Positions 13,311 through 26,794 of a stretch of DNA of 64,000 bases are shown piece after piece. Source of the stretch: the human T2T-CHM13v2.0 reference genome, Homo sapiens. Positions within the stretch are counted from its first letter, which is position 1; every line of letters starts with the position of its first letter. A model generated the notes under the pieces. It worked only from the letters and a program-made list of their open reading frames with translations, had not been told where the DNA came from and ran no database searches. Where the stretch lies: assembly GCF_009914755.1 (NCBI RefSeq), contig NC_060926.1, one strand, 5' to 3'. A program made the position numbers and the translations under genes.

Positions 13311-13924
13311 AGAAATTATTTTTTTAAAAAGAAGAAAATGCAAAAAAAATAAAAGCAAGCTAAACATTTAAACTTTGAATTGAATTATATTAAAAACAAT
13401 CAGAAATTATGAATAAATTGAAATATGTCAATACATATTATAAAATAAGATTTAATTACAGTACAAATAATATTTATCATGAACTGGATAGATAGTATTT
13501 GGGAAAAAAATACATAAATGTGATATATCTACTCATCATCCAAAACATCACAGCACTTTTTAAATAGTCAAAAACCAATGAAACTTCAGTACTACCCCGG
13601 GTTGGAAACAATGACCTCAGAACTGTGTAAAATGTTTGATTAGAAATTAAAGGAAATAAGATTTTGGCAGAACCAAATTTATCTTCAGGAAGTTGCCTTC
13701 AAAATTATAGCTATGTCTTATCTCCATTATCTTCTGCTTTCATTATGGAGATGATGGTAGTATGAACAAAAACATCTATATCTTATTATCGAATACCTAT
13801 TAAATTTATCTGTAGTGAAAAATAAGTTTATCTTCTCCAGGAAACAGTATCCTTGATGTTTTTGGGCTGTAGGACCACTGGGAAGCTAAAGAATGTTGAG
13901 CCTTTTCTTATAATTGTATGAGAT

Positions 13925-14360
13925 CATTTTTGCTTGCAGGTTACAAAAACTCAATCTGATCTACTTGGGCAAAAATTATTTGGCTCAGAGAATAAAACCA
14001 CATGAAGAGTTTGAATGAAGTTGAACCCTAGAGGCAGGGCTTCAGGGGGATATGCCAGCCTCCATTCTATCTAAATATCTGCCTATGTCTGCATGCTGAT
14101 TTTATTCTTTTCATTTATCCCACATCATCACATCCTCACCATCAGATAGAAGGACTTGCTTTCATTGGTTCCAATTAAAAATTCCCAGGAATGGAATTTC
14201 ACTGATGTGGAGGTGGGGAAGATAACATTTCCACCTTTGGTTGGTGCCATGGAAGTTGAGTGAAGTAATTGACAGTCCCCACAAGAGCCACATGGCATAT
14301 AGTCAGACAACATAGAGTTCTTCCAAAAAGGAGGGCAGCTGGGAAAAATTAATTATTTTT
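13925..14360 (-). mobile_element. Old MLT1-type LTR remnant (tentative)
   Basis: ttgcttgcaggttacaaaaactcaa...tttattggctca-like terminus; highly diverged. Confidence 0.35.
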
Positions 14361-14409
14361 TAAAACAATACATTTCTATCAAATATAATATTTAACAAGT
14401 TGCCTTCAC

Positions 14410-14572
14410 ATTCTCCTTTAAGCCTTAATAATTTTGTTATAAAAACATATTAGAAATGGTGAGATTGATTCCCAAAAGACTTAAATGGTTTACAAAGTTA
14501 ACATACATACTAAATGCCAGAGATTAGACTAGAATTTAGGATTTCACACTTTGAGACTCGTGTTCTCTCTGC
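14410..14572 (-). mobile_element. MIR fragment
   Basis: gacttaaatggtttacaaagttaacatacatactaaatgccagag...gaatttagg resembles the antisense MIR core. Confidence 0.5.
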
Positions 14573-15387
14573 ATTTCAAATTAGGTGTTTGCATCACTTA
14601 TTCGGACTGTCAGGACTATTCAAAGTCATGCATTCATAAATCTTTTAATATTGGGAGCTTAATACTAATTATACAAAAAAATACTGTACAAAGAGAAACA
14701 GAATAAGTTGAGCTGAATGACAGAAGGTTGCTTACTCTTTCTAACATCAACCTCCCACTAATGTTTTCTCTATATTTCAACCAGTCCCTTCTAATGCTAA
14801 ACGACCTGGATTTCAAAATGAATTTCCTCTCTCATAAGATTTGTAATAGAGAGTATTTGCCTCAATGTAAAGATTATGAAGGCATTATTTCCTGGAAATA
14901 AATGAAGACATTATCTTTGAGGAAGTAGATATATAGAGTGTACATTTCATGTACTTGGTATATAAAAATCCACATGCTTTCTGATTATGGATGTCTAGAA
15001 TAGTCACAAAAGCATTTGGCTACAGAAGATTAGGTGGAACATCAATGATCAGAACAAGTTCTGGAATGAGTCAAATATCCCCTAACTTCCTATTTTACCT
15101 CTTTACTAATAGAATCTTTCATAAACTCCAAATGTCTGAAAATGTTAAATATGATCATGACTAGTATTATTTAGTCACAAACATACAGAAAGTACACATG
15201 ATAGTGCAAAACCAGTGGGAGTCCGGCTTTTTTCTGTCTCAATTATTCGTCCCTCTTTTCCTTCTGCCTATTAGCCTTGCCCTCTTCTGTCAGATTTTTC
15301 CATATTTTTTTTCTTCACTCTTACTGGGCAGACTATTGTAGATTCCTCATTTGCCCTTTATTTGATGGCTTACATTTTCTGATTACT

Positions 15388-16416
15388 CTTTTTTTAATTT
15401 CCAATTTTTATTTTAAGTTCAGGGGTACATGTGCAGGATGTGCAGCTTTGTTACATAGGTAAATGTGTGCCATGGTGGTTTGCTGCACAGATCATCCCAT
15501 CACCCAGGTATTAACTCTAACATCCGTTAGCTATTCTTCCTGATCCTCTCCCTTCTCCCACCCACTACCCTCTGACAGACTCTAGTGTGTGTTGTTCCCC
15601 CCCCCCAATATATCCATGTGTTCTCATCATTAATCTCCCACCTATAAGTGAGAACATGCAGTATTTGGTTTTCTGTTCCTGTATTAGTTTGCTAAGGATA
15701 ATGGTCTCCAGCTCCATCCATGTCCCTGCAAAGGACATGATTTAGTTTATTTTTATGGATGCATAGTATTCCATGTTGTATATGTACCACTTTCTCTATC
15801 CAGTATATCACTGATGAGCATTTAGGTAAATTCCATGTCTTTCTTACACCATATACAAAAATCAACTTAAGATGGATTAAAGACGTAAATGTAAAACCCC
15901 AAACTATAAAAACCCTTGAGAAAAACCTAGGTGATACCATTCAGGACATAGGCACAGGCAAAGATTTCATGATGAATACACCAAAAATAATTACAACAAA
16001 AGCAAAAATTGACAACTGTGATCTAACTAAAGAGATTCTGCACAGCAAAAGAAACTATCAACAGAGTAAACAGACAACCTACATAATGAGAGAAAATTTT
16101 TGCAATCTAGCCATCTGACAAAGGTCTAATATCCAACATCTATAAGGAACCTAAACACAATAAAACAAGCTAACAAACCCATTAAGATGCACAAAGGACA
16201 TAAAAAGACACTACTCAGAAGAAGACATACATGTAGCCAACAAACATATAAAAAAGAGTTCATCACTCATCACTAGAGAAATGCAAATCAAAACTTTGAG
16301 ATACCACTTCACAGCAGTCAGAATGATTATTATTAAAAAGTCAATAAATAACACATGGTAGTGAGGTTGTGGACAAAAAGGAATGCTTATACGCTGTTGG
16401 TGAGAGTGTAGATTCG
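15388..16416 (-). mobile_element. L1PA8-10-like with 5' inversion (15840-16419 on +), TSD ttctgattact
   Basis: Antisense 3' UTR 15388-15842 joined to a sense ORF2 piece; TSD copies at 15377-15387 and 16417-16427. Confidence 0.96.
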
Positions 16417-17164
16417 TTCTGATTACTTTTTAATACTAATTACCAGAAAGTGTTGTCTTGCATCATGTAATTTTGATATATTATTGTGTTGACAATATCT
16501 CTTTTGCTTTCTTCTGTGTTCATGATACTTACTTTAATGTAGGGAGAGAGTAAAAACCATTCCATGCTTGTACTATCACATACTATTATAAAAGATGTGT
16601 TCTGTCTTCACTAAGTTACCTGTTGGAGTTACAGTTGAACAAAAGATAAATTTAGTACCAATAACACTCACGTCGAGCTGTTCACTTGTGTTGGTGAACT
16701 TCCTCCAGGCATTGTGTTAGAAACTCTCCCTAATCATGAAGGAAGTGAAAATTCAACCATCAGTAGAATACATATGATCATTTATACTAGCAATAGCTAA
16801 AAGGAGGGATTATGCCCTGGGTAGCATGACTTTCACATTACAATCTCCCCAGAAGAAATCCCACCACCTCTGATCCTTCAATTCCTATTCTGTGAATTTA
16901 TCTCAGGTGAATTATTAGATGGATGAATCACTGCAGCTGAACAATTATACTCACACCTAAAATTACTATTTATAAAGCATAATATCACTGAGAATCGGTT
17001 AACTGTGGTATATTCATGGAAAGGAATTTTAGGAAGGCGTTTCAAAAAACACAAAGAATTCTTTAAGTTAATATAAACAGTTGTTCACAGTGTGTAGTTT
17101 AATGAAATTGCAAGCTTCTATAGTTTATATCCAGTATGGTATCATTTATCTATACTTTTTAATC

Positions 17165-17275
17165 AAGGTAGTTATACCAAATGGTTATTGAGTGTTCATC
17201 ATATGTCAGGCTGTGTGACTGGTTGTAGGAATACAGTTATAAACAAGATAACCAATTTTTAAAATTACATTATAC
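17165..17275 (-). mobile_element. L2 3' end fragment
   Basis: caaatggttattgagtgttcatcatatgtcaggctgtgtg...gtaggaatacagttataaacaag. Confidence 0.6.
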
Positions 17276-17710
17276 TAAAGAATACATGCACAAAAGCAAA
17301 TAAACAGAGGATAAACATTGGTATATTTAACTTATATTTTGACTTACTCAAGCACTTTTATTAAAAGATCTGTTTCAAAACCAAAGTTACATTGAAGATT
17401 TCAGTGTTAAAGACAATAATTTTAATTACAAATAAGAAAAAAGAATCCCTGTGCTTATTGTAAATTAAGCTTTATTTAAAGTGATTAGCAAAAGTATAAT
17501 TTACTGGCTACACATCTTGCCAGTATTAACATAAGTATTGGCCTCTTGTTGGTTATCTTATAGTTCTGGAGGTCAGAGGACTAAAATGGGACCCACTGGG
17601 TTAAAATCAAGGTGTTGGCAGCACTATGTGTCTTCTGAAAGCCTTGGCCAGAATCTCTTCCGTTTCTTTTTACAATTTCTAAACCTAAGAGCCTTGGCCC
17701 CTGGTCCATC

Positions 17711-18097
17711 TTTTTTTTAAATAAATCTTTCTTTTGAAAATTTCCATTGATACATATTATTTGTACATTTTGATGGGATATGTCTGATATTGTTACATGC
17801 ATAGAATGTGCAGTGATCGTCAGGTTATTTAAGTATTATGACCTCAAGTATTTATCATTTCTACATTTTACAAACATTTCAAGGTCTTTCTGTTATTTTA
17901 AAATATATAATGCATTGTCGTTAACTATAGTCACCCTATTCTGCTCTCAGACAGTGCAATTTATTTCTTCTAGCTATTAGGTTAGTGCAAAAGTAATTGC
18001 TGTTTTTGTCATTAAAACTAAAGGCAAAAACAGCAATTACATTTGCACCAACCCAACTCAAGTATGTGTACCCATCAACCAGCTTCTCTTCATTCCC
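17711..18097 (-). mobile_element. L1MA4-6-like 3' end, itself interrupted by MADE1
   Basis: attgatacatattatttgtacatttt...ttaactatagtcaccctattctgc...tacccatcaaccagc. Confidence 0.85.
17977..18056. mobile_element. MADE1 (80-bp Hsmar1-derived MITE)
   Basis: ttaggttagtgcaaaagtaattgc...gcaattacatttgcaccaacccaa; 80 bp, near-palindromic, preceded by TA. Confidence 0.95.
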
Positions 18098-18702
18098 TCT
18101 TAAAAGCCAGGAATAGCATCACTTAGACCTCTGCTTAAGTTGGTACAACCCCTCTGATTATTTCTATGACCTTCCTCTTTCATTTATAAAGAAATTTGTA
18201 ATTACATCGGACTTATCAGATATTCTAGGATAATTCCCTCATCTCAATATCTTTAATTTAAAAAATATTCACAAAAACACTTTTACTATGTAAGGCAATA
18301 TTTCCAGAGGTTTAGATCTACGAGGGGCTATCTTTCTGCCTACTACAACATGCTATACCATTTTCAAAAATTATATTAACTGCATCACAAATCTTTGTTA
18401 CAAACATAGAGGTTTACATTTCAGATGGGTCAAGTCTGGCTTCATAATAAAATAGTTTGAAAATAATGGGGACCTTATCTTTGTGCATTGAATGACAGGA
18501 AAATAAAACAGCATAATCTGTCACACTAATAAAGCACAGAGTAGATACAAATTTAACCTCAATTGAAAGTTTCAAGTCAAACTAGTTAGTCGGTCAAATT
18601 GTTTAGCTATCTGTATTATAAAAAAGTGATATGTTTCAGAAACATATCATTTTTCAGTTTAAAAATTCAGCACCGCATTGTGCCATGAAAATATAAATAC
18701 AT

Positions 18703-18891
18703 CAGTATTTCTCAAAGAGAGATGTCTGCGCCAGCATCATCACCTTCAAGGAAGAACAAGTTAGACATACAAATTCTTGGAACCCAACCAAGATATGTTT
18801 AGTCAAAAATTATGTGGGTGTGGCTCAATAATTTGCATTTTTATAAGTGTTCCAAGTAATTCTGATGCACATACAAGTTTAAGAATCACTG
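18703..18891. mobile_element. MER5A-like hAT element
   Basis: cagtatttctcaaag...tttgcatttttataagtgttccaagtaattctgatgcac...aagtttaagaatcactg. Confidence 0.75.
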
Positions 18892-18933
18892 GAAATAACA
18901 AAGCACTTTTAGAAGTCAGTGATTTGCTTCTGA

Positions 18934-19287
<354 letters not shown>

Positions 19288-19429
19288 GTTCCTTTTTAAA
19301 GATTGCTAATTCTGATTTCATATTTACCTGTATCAGAGAGAGAGAACTAAAATTATGCTATTTCTATATATGACCTATATATTCTATACTTGCAATTTGC
19401 AATACGTTTTATTAAGTACGTAAATAAGA

Positions 19430-19955
19430 ATCTTAATATAGAAGCCTACTTTAGTCAGGGAGACCCCCAAAAAGAAGTGAAATTTAAATCCTAACCTATG
19501 AAATTAAAGAAGCAAATCATTTAGAGAATGGTCAAGAACATTCTAGGTAGAGGTATCATTTCTAGGACAGAGATGAACTTAAAAAATTTCAATAAATATT
19601 AGTTACACAAGGGTGCCAGAGACTTAGTGAGCCAGGAAAGGAGTGGACAAGATCAGATCCAACAGAAAGCAAAGATCTGGACCTGTAAATCTTGTTAGTC
19701 TAGCAAGGAATTTGGATTTGTTTTAGAAACAATGGAACGTATTTGAGTGGCTTTAAGTGACATAAATTGAGATGTAAGCAAGCATGCACATGTGCGGATG
19801 TGTGCATTAATTTTATGCTTGAAGAATCAAAGCTGCACCGAGGAACACTGGTTAAGAAGACATTGCAATGATACAAATGATAGACTGATGGTCCCTGAGC
19901 AGAGCTAATGACGGTAGAGACGGCCAAAAGAAGGTAGATTCAAAATTTATTTATG
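19430..19955 (-). mobile_element. L2 fragment
   Basis: Purine-rich L2 antisense motifs: aagaacattctaggtagagg, aaggaatttggatttgtttt, gtagattcaaaatttattt. Confidence 0.65.
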
Positions 19956-20261
19956 CATGAATTTGTTTATTTTACTTTTTATATTATTATTGTTTTTGCC
20001 TGGTTTTCTTTCTTTTAATGTTTGGTAGAAGTCACCAGGAGTTTTTCTTGTTAAGAGTTATTTTACTAAAAATTTCAACTATTGAATAATTAAGATGGAT
20101 ATAAAATTATTCTTTCTTCTTGACTGAATTTTGATAGATTGCGGATTTTAAGGAATTTGTTCATTTTATCAAAGCTGTCAGTTTTGTGGACATAGTGACA
20201 TAGAGTTTTTTTCATCGTATTTCTCAATTATCTTTTTAATGTAGGGTGATACTACCTATTT

Positions 20262-20515
20262 TGCAAATCTTTCTCTTTCTCTGTGACCTCTGCTTCCACC
20301 ATCAAATTTCCTCCTTTCATGTCCCGAATCCTGCTTTTATCTTTTAAGGCCCCTTGTGACTGCATTTGGCCTTCCTGGATAAGTCAGGATAATCTCCCTA
20401 TCTTAATATTCCTAACTTAATCACATCTACAGAATCCCTTTTGCCATGTACGGTAACATATTCACAGGTTTGAGGGATTAGAATGAGGGCATCTTTGGAG
20501 AGGCTCTTTTTCTAC
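20262..20515 (-). mobile_element. MLT1C/D-like LTR fragment
   Basis: ggataatctccctatcttaa...ttaatcacatctacagaatcccttttgccatgtacggtaacatattcacagg. Confidence 0.8.
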
Positions 20516-21441
20516 GTAGAAATGTACTTATTTGATAAAAATGTAACTCTGCCATCATTTATACTTTTTAAAATCCAATCTAATAATCTCTGTCTTTTAA
20601 ATGTTGTGTTTAGACAATTCATATATAATGTCATTATTGGTATGATTGATTAAATTCAACCATCTTTGCTGCTCATATTCAATTTGTACTCTCTGCTCCT
20701 TTGCTTTTCTCCATTTTTTCACTATATTATCTTGTGTTAATTCAAAACTTCTAGTGTTCAATTTTCTGTCCTCTACCGGCATATCATTTATACATTTAAA
20801 AATTAAAACTACCAAATAAAGAAAGTCTGCATTACACTACATTAAAATAATACCATTTAGCATGAAGTTTTAAAACTTTTCAATAGTGTTTTTTCAAAAC
20901 CCTCCTGCAGTCATTTAGGCTATGCTGTCATGCTGCTTACTTTTACATATGTAATAAGTACATAATGAAATAGTCCCATTTCTGCTTTCAACAGCCAGTT
21001 ATCTCTTACAGTAATTAAACACACACAAAAGAGGAATTTTATTGCACTTTTACATATTCCATTTCCAATGTTTCTTATTTTATTTGTATAGATCCAGATT
21101 ATGCTCTAATTGCATATAATTTCTTTCTGAGGAACTTCTTTTAACATTTCTTGCAGACTAGTTCTGTAAGCAATATATTTTCTCATTTTTCTTTGCCTGA
21201 GAAATATTTATTTCTCCTTCAACTTTAAGGGGTGGTGGTGTTCATCCTGCTTGGTCTTCTCTGGGCTTTTTGAATATGTGATTTTATCAATATATCATTA
21301 ATTTAGAAAAATTCTCAACTGTCATTTTTTCAAATGTTCCTTCTGCCTCTTTCCTCTCTTCTTGAATTCCAATTATCAGCATGTTAGATCATTTGATATT
21401 GTCCAATATTATTGGGATGTTTTGTGCTTTTTTCTTTCATT

Positions 21442-21444
<3 letters not shown>

Positions 21445-21490
<46 letters not shown>
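21445..21490. repeat. (TG)23 microsatellite
   Basis: Perfect dinucleotide run. Confidence 0.99.
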
Positions 21491-21492
<2 letters not shown>

Positions 21493-23174
21493 CTTGACCT
21501 GTCTTCAAGTTCTTTGGTTCTTTTATCATTTGTATCAAGTTTATCCATGAGCTTGCTGGAGGCATTGTTCATCTCTGTTACCATCTTTTCCATTTCTTGC
21601 AGCTCCATTTGGTTATTTCTTATGATTTCCATCTCTCTGATCATATTAATCATGTGCTTTTAGATGTTACTCAGCAATTTTTCTGCCTTTAACATGCTAA
21701 TTATAATTATTTAAAAACCCATGTCAGATAGTTTCACTATCTGTACCATATTTGAGTATTCTGCTGCTTATTTTATCTCTTCAAAGTGAGTCTTATATTT
21801 CCTTTTTGTATGCTTTTACATTTCTTTAAAAACCCAGATATTTTGTATAAGACATTACACACTGAGGTATATTATTTTTATGCCTTGAAAAGAGCAAAGC
21901 ATTCCTTGTGCCAGGGCTTTGTCATGAGTGTTCGAGTTAACCTAGTTAGGGGCTTGGCTGTGTTTGAGGTTTGTTATGCTATGTACATAGTACATGGTGC
22001 ATCCCAGGCTTCAAAGCTTATAGCAATGCTTTGTTTACAGGGTGGGTGTAGATTTACTGGAGCATGTTTGTTTGATTCAGAGCTTACACCTTCCCCTTGA
22101 AATGTTATCAGAGAGGACCATTCTTCAGGACTTTGTTCCTCTCCTTTCTCTCTCCCAGTACTGTTAAGCTGTTGTTATTTAAGGCTTATTAGCTTCGTGC
22201 TAGGAGTCTGTTATTCTAATCATTCTAAGATTTTGAATGTGTCCTGGAAACTCACAGATGTGACTTTCTTAGTTCTCCCATCCTTTCCTTATTTATAGCT
22301 ATGTAAACCACTGTCCAATATATAATGTTGCTTCTGCTGCAAGAGTAGAATTTTTCCCGTTGTTTTTTTCCCCCAGCTGCCATGAGTTTTATTGATGCCA
22401 AAGGAAAGCATTGCTTCTTTCCCTTTTCCCTTCAAGTTCTGAATTCACCCCTCCTCCTGCAGGGAAGAAGGATCTGGGTAGAGTTTCTTGCTTTTTGCGT
22501 ACAGTTACCAATACCTTTGCCCTCTTCTCACTTCCCAACTAAGATCTACACCACACTGAACAATCAGTGGGACTGCTGAGAAAAGAGAAAAGAGTCAGCA
22601 AAAGATCTTGAACTTCCATCAATTCTGTGGCCCCCTGGGGGTTCAAATTGGCCTACCAGCTTGCTTTCCATCCTCAACAAGTCATCAGCAGTTCTGGCTA
22701 AACTCTTCTTACTTGTGATCAGTCATGTTAATATACTCCAGGTGAGCAAGTACTTTAATTTCATCTCTCCCTGCAGGTCTTTCTCTCTATTTGATTTGGG
22801 GCTAGTTGTTTCTGTTATCTCAGCTCCCAATGGGTTAAAAAAATGAATATGAAGTTACTTCAGATCTTTTCTTGTTGTAGGATGAAAGCAACACTCCTTC
22901 CTGCTTTCTATGCTTTAAATGTAATTTTTAACATAATTTATTACTTTTAACATAATATACTAACAACTTGGAAGTTATGTTGTTTTGAAGATGACTTCTA
23001 GCTTTCTTAGTTAAGTACATAATTGCTTAACTCTGTGATCTCATTAGCTTCCATGGATTTCAACACATCTCTAGTCCAGAAAACTCTCCTTCATGTATAT
23101 TTTGTTTTACTACTAAATTATTAAATTTTCTTCACAATTTTTGGCATATGCACAACTTAAAATGTCCATAAACA

Positions 23175-23464
23175 GGCTGGGCACCGTGGCTCATGCCTGT
23201 AATCCTAGCACTTTGGGAGGTCAAGGCGGGCGGGTCACATGAGGTCAGGAGTTTGACAACAGCCTGGCAAACACGGTGAAACCCCGTCGCTACTAAAAAT
23301 ACAAAAATTTCCTGGATGTGATGGCGGACGCCTATAATCCCAGCTACTTGGGAGGCTGCAGCAGGAGAATCGCTTGAACCCGGGAGGCAGAGGTTGCAGA
23401 GCTGAGACTGCACCACTGCACTCTAGCCTGGGTGACAGAAAGAGACTCCATCTCAAAAAAAAAA
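23175..23464 (+). mobile_element. AluS (Sx-like), TSD gtccataaaca
   Basis: Full-length Alu; TSD copies at 23164-23174 and 23465-23475. Confidence 0.97.
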
Positions 23465-23842
23465 GTCCATAAACACAAAAATGCATACACAAAACTTAAT
23501 TCTTATTTGTCTCCTGAACTAAGGCACTTTACATTGCTCTAACTTCTGTCTTCTTGATTTCATAAATCACACATATATTGTTATAGTTTAATACGTGTCA
23601 TATTAAATTATAACATATCTCATGGGGCAGCCAGAAACTTAATTCAAATAAGGAAATAATTATAAACTTTGTGGGTGCTTTCGAAAAAAATGTTACAGAA
23701 GTACAATGAGGAGGGTATCATGCCATGTCTTGCTTGAGATGCAAGCCAAATCCTAAAAACTCAGAGAAGTCTCAGAGGGCCTGTTACAAAGAATAGAGCA
23801 ACTGGGCAAAAGACAGTGTGAGTAAGAAAAGACAGATTATTG

Positions 23843-23889
<47 letters not shown>

Positions 23890-23910
23890 CAGACAGATAG
23901 ACAGACAGAT
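23843..23910. repeat. (GATA)n/(GACA)n compound tetranucleotide STR
   Basis: Direct reading. Confidence 0.98.
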
Positions 23911-24676
23911 AAATATTTTGCAACAAAAGGCCTCTAATAGTAGTCTACATGTGTGGTATTTATGCAACTCTTGCAATTGCAAGTTATAATGTATTGTGTT
24001 TATAATTTACGGCTCTCCTACACTGGTGGATTCGATTTTTGTATAGTGAACTTTTTTGGACAGTTAAACATAGGATAACAGAACTTCAAATTTGTAACAT
24101 TAAACATCTGACTACCAACTAAAAGGTAAACTAAAGCTACCACATAGTTGTTTTGTATGTCAGTCAATAGTTTAATTTTGTCTTCATCATATTTGGTTTT
24201 AAATATAGCTTTTGTGATTATGGACTATGTTGCTGCTTTTTTATTTGTGTTTAAAAAGAAGAGAATGGGCAGTGGAAGGGCTTCTACATGATAGAAATTT
24301 TAAATATCAAAACTGGAAGACAACCAAGAAACACAGGTACCAAAAATAATCCAAACAATAATAAGTTCTCAGGACTTGCTCCTTCCACAAAGCATAGAAA
24401 AAGTGTTTAACTGAGTTGGGAGCTCTGTATTTTTGTAGACTCACAAGCCAAAATAATCTTTTAATTCTGAATCAATAAAATGTAAAAAACTTTTAATAAT
24501 AGATCTGAAACCTCAAAGTTGAATAACAAATGAATTTTAGCAATCTAACCCAAATCAAGACCAAGAGAGGGGCTGTCTCCACATATAATACAAATACCAG
24601 ACAATTAGTTAACTATTCTCTAATTGAAAAAATGGTATGATCTCATTCAGTCATACACACTGATACACACATTGTG

Positions 24677-24704
24677 CACACACACACACACACACACACA
24701 CACA
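24677..24704. repeat. (CA)14 microsatellite
   Basis: Direct reading. Confidence 0.97.
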
Positions 24705-25114
24705 GCTACCCCATAGTTAATGAGTTCTTTCATTATGTCTGTTCAACAAGAGCTTTGTATGTTTGATCAAAGCCTCTAATGCAATTCTGAGGTTATTCCA
24801 TTTAGCAGTCAGCTGATTGGTAACTGCCTTCAGGGACCTCTGAGTCTACCCCCATTTAGAACTTGCTTTAGGAAACGTGTTCTGCATACTGTGTGTTAAC
24901 AGAGGCTGTGCATTCTATAATTATAACAGGGATATGGGAATTCTTAATTAAACATACACCAGATTTTATAACTTCTAGTGGCATGAGAAATGAAGTGAGG
25001 AGGCCTTCAGGAAATCAGAAAGACCATTCAAATACATTTTATTTTATCAAGGTAGTAGTGTAATTAAAGTCATCAATACTGTTATGAACTAATATTTAAC
25101 TCTATATATCAATC

Positions 25115-25340
25115 ACAGTTCCTAGTTTGAGAATATTCTATGGGTCACTGGGCTAATTATGTTATATCTTTTCTCATATAATATTTATTTTAAAAATCTA
25201 ATAAGATAGCTATTACTAGTGCTATTTTATAAACAAGGAAATGGAAGCTGAGGCATAAAGTAATTTAGAAAAGACATACAAACAGCTCATAACTAGTAGA
25301 CTTACACATTTATTTATGGTGTATCTGACTCCTAAGCTAA
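25115..25340 (-). mobile_element. MIR
   Basis: ctattttataaacaaggaaatggaagctgagg...taaagtaatt...tctgactcctaagc. Confidence 0.65.
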
Positions 25341-25561
25341 TATTTTGAACAAAAGAATAACCAAACTACAACTCCTTTGTGATTCTTTTCACACATTGCG
25401 TTTTTTTCCTGTGCTCTGAGACACATTATTTTGGAGTCATCTTGCCTTTTAGGTAGAATTCGGATGCAGAAATTGTAATTTGCTTATCATCTTGATTCTA
25501 TAATATTTTGAACTTGTGGGGGCTTATAAACATTGCGTTGCACTCTGAAATTGAACAGCTA

Positions 25562-26794
25562 TAGATAACTGGCCAGCCATATACAGAGGATTGAAACTGG
25601 ACCACTTCCTTCTACCATACACAAAAATCAATTCAAGTGATTAAAGAGAAATGTAAAACCTAAAACTATAAAAGCCCTGGAAGATAACCTAGGAAATGCC
25701 ATTCTGGACATAGGCCCTGGCAAAGATTTCATGACAAAGACACCAAAATCAACTGCAACAGAAATTCAAAAATTGACAAATGGGACCTAGTTAAACTAAA
25801 GAGCTTCTGCAAAGCAAAATAAACTATCAACACAGTAAACAGACGACATACCCAATGGGGGAAAATATTTGCAAACTATGCATCTGACGAAGGTCTAATA
25901 TTCAGGATCTATAAGGAACTTTACAAGCAAAAAATAACCCCATTAAAAAGTAGGCAAAGGAGATGAACAGACACTTTTCAAAAGAAGACATACACATGGC
26001 CAAAAAACATATGAAAAAATGCGCAACATCACTAATCATTAGGGAAATGCAAATCAAGACCACAATGAGATAACATCTCATACCAGTCAGAATGGTTATT
26101 ATTAAAAAGTCAAAAAAATAACAGATGTTGGTGAGGTAGCAGAGAAAAGGGAATGCTTGTACACTGCTGGTTGGAACATAAATTAGTATAGCCACTGCGG
26201 AAAGCAGTTTCATGATTTCTCAGAGAACTTAGAACACAGCTACCATTCGACACAGCAATCCCATTACTGGGTATGTGCTGAAAGGAATATAAATTATTTT
26301 ACCATAAAGACACATACATGCCTATGTTCATCTCAGCACTACTTGCAATAGCAAAGACATGGAATCAACCTAAATGCCTATCAACTGTAGACTGGATAAA
26401 GAAGATGTGGTACATATACATCACAGAATACTATGCAGATATATAAAATGATGAGATTATGTCCTTTGCAGCAATATGGATGGAGGTGTAGGTCAATATC
26501 TTAAGCAAACTAATTCAGAAACAGAAAACCAAATACCACATTTTCTCACTTATGAATGGGAACTAAACATTGAGTACATGTGGACACAAAGAAGAGAACA
26601 ATAGACACTGTGGCCTACTTAAGGGTGGAGAGTGGGAGGAGGGTGAGGATTAAAAAACTTACCTATCCAGTACTATACTTATTACCTGGGTGATGAAATA
26701 TTCTGTAAATCAAACCCCCATGACATGCAATTTACCTGTATAACAAACTTGCACATGCACTTCCAAAACTAAAAGTTTTTTTTTTTAATTTTAA
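25562..26794 (+). mobile_element. L1PA15/16-like 5'-truncated L1, 15-bp TSD
   Basis: ORF2 C-terminal part plus 3' UTR; TSD gaaattgaa(c/t)agcta at 25547-25561 and 26795-26809. Confidence 0.95.

Larger units (their letters stand above)
17545..18347 (-). mobile_element. MLT1C-like LTR interrupted by an L1MA
   Basis: tagttctggaggtcagagg...aaaatcaaggtgttggcag up to ~17710, resuming ~18098 through ctgcctactaca. Confidence 0.8.
19990..22900 (-). mobile_element. Old L1M (MB/MC/MD-age) fragments including ORF1/5' region
   Basis: ORF 21384-21653(-) NNQMELQEMEKMVTEMNNA..KELEDRS resembles the L1 ORF1 coiled coil. Confidence 0.7.

Noticed and set aside
14750-14900. Acceptor-like site (actaat...ttttctctatatttcaaccag)
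   Set aside because: No convincing downstream donor and all frames close quickly; such sites are common by chance.
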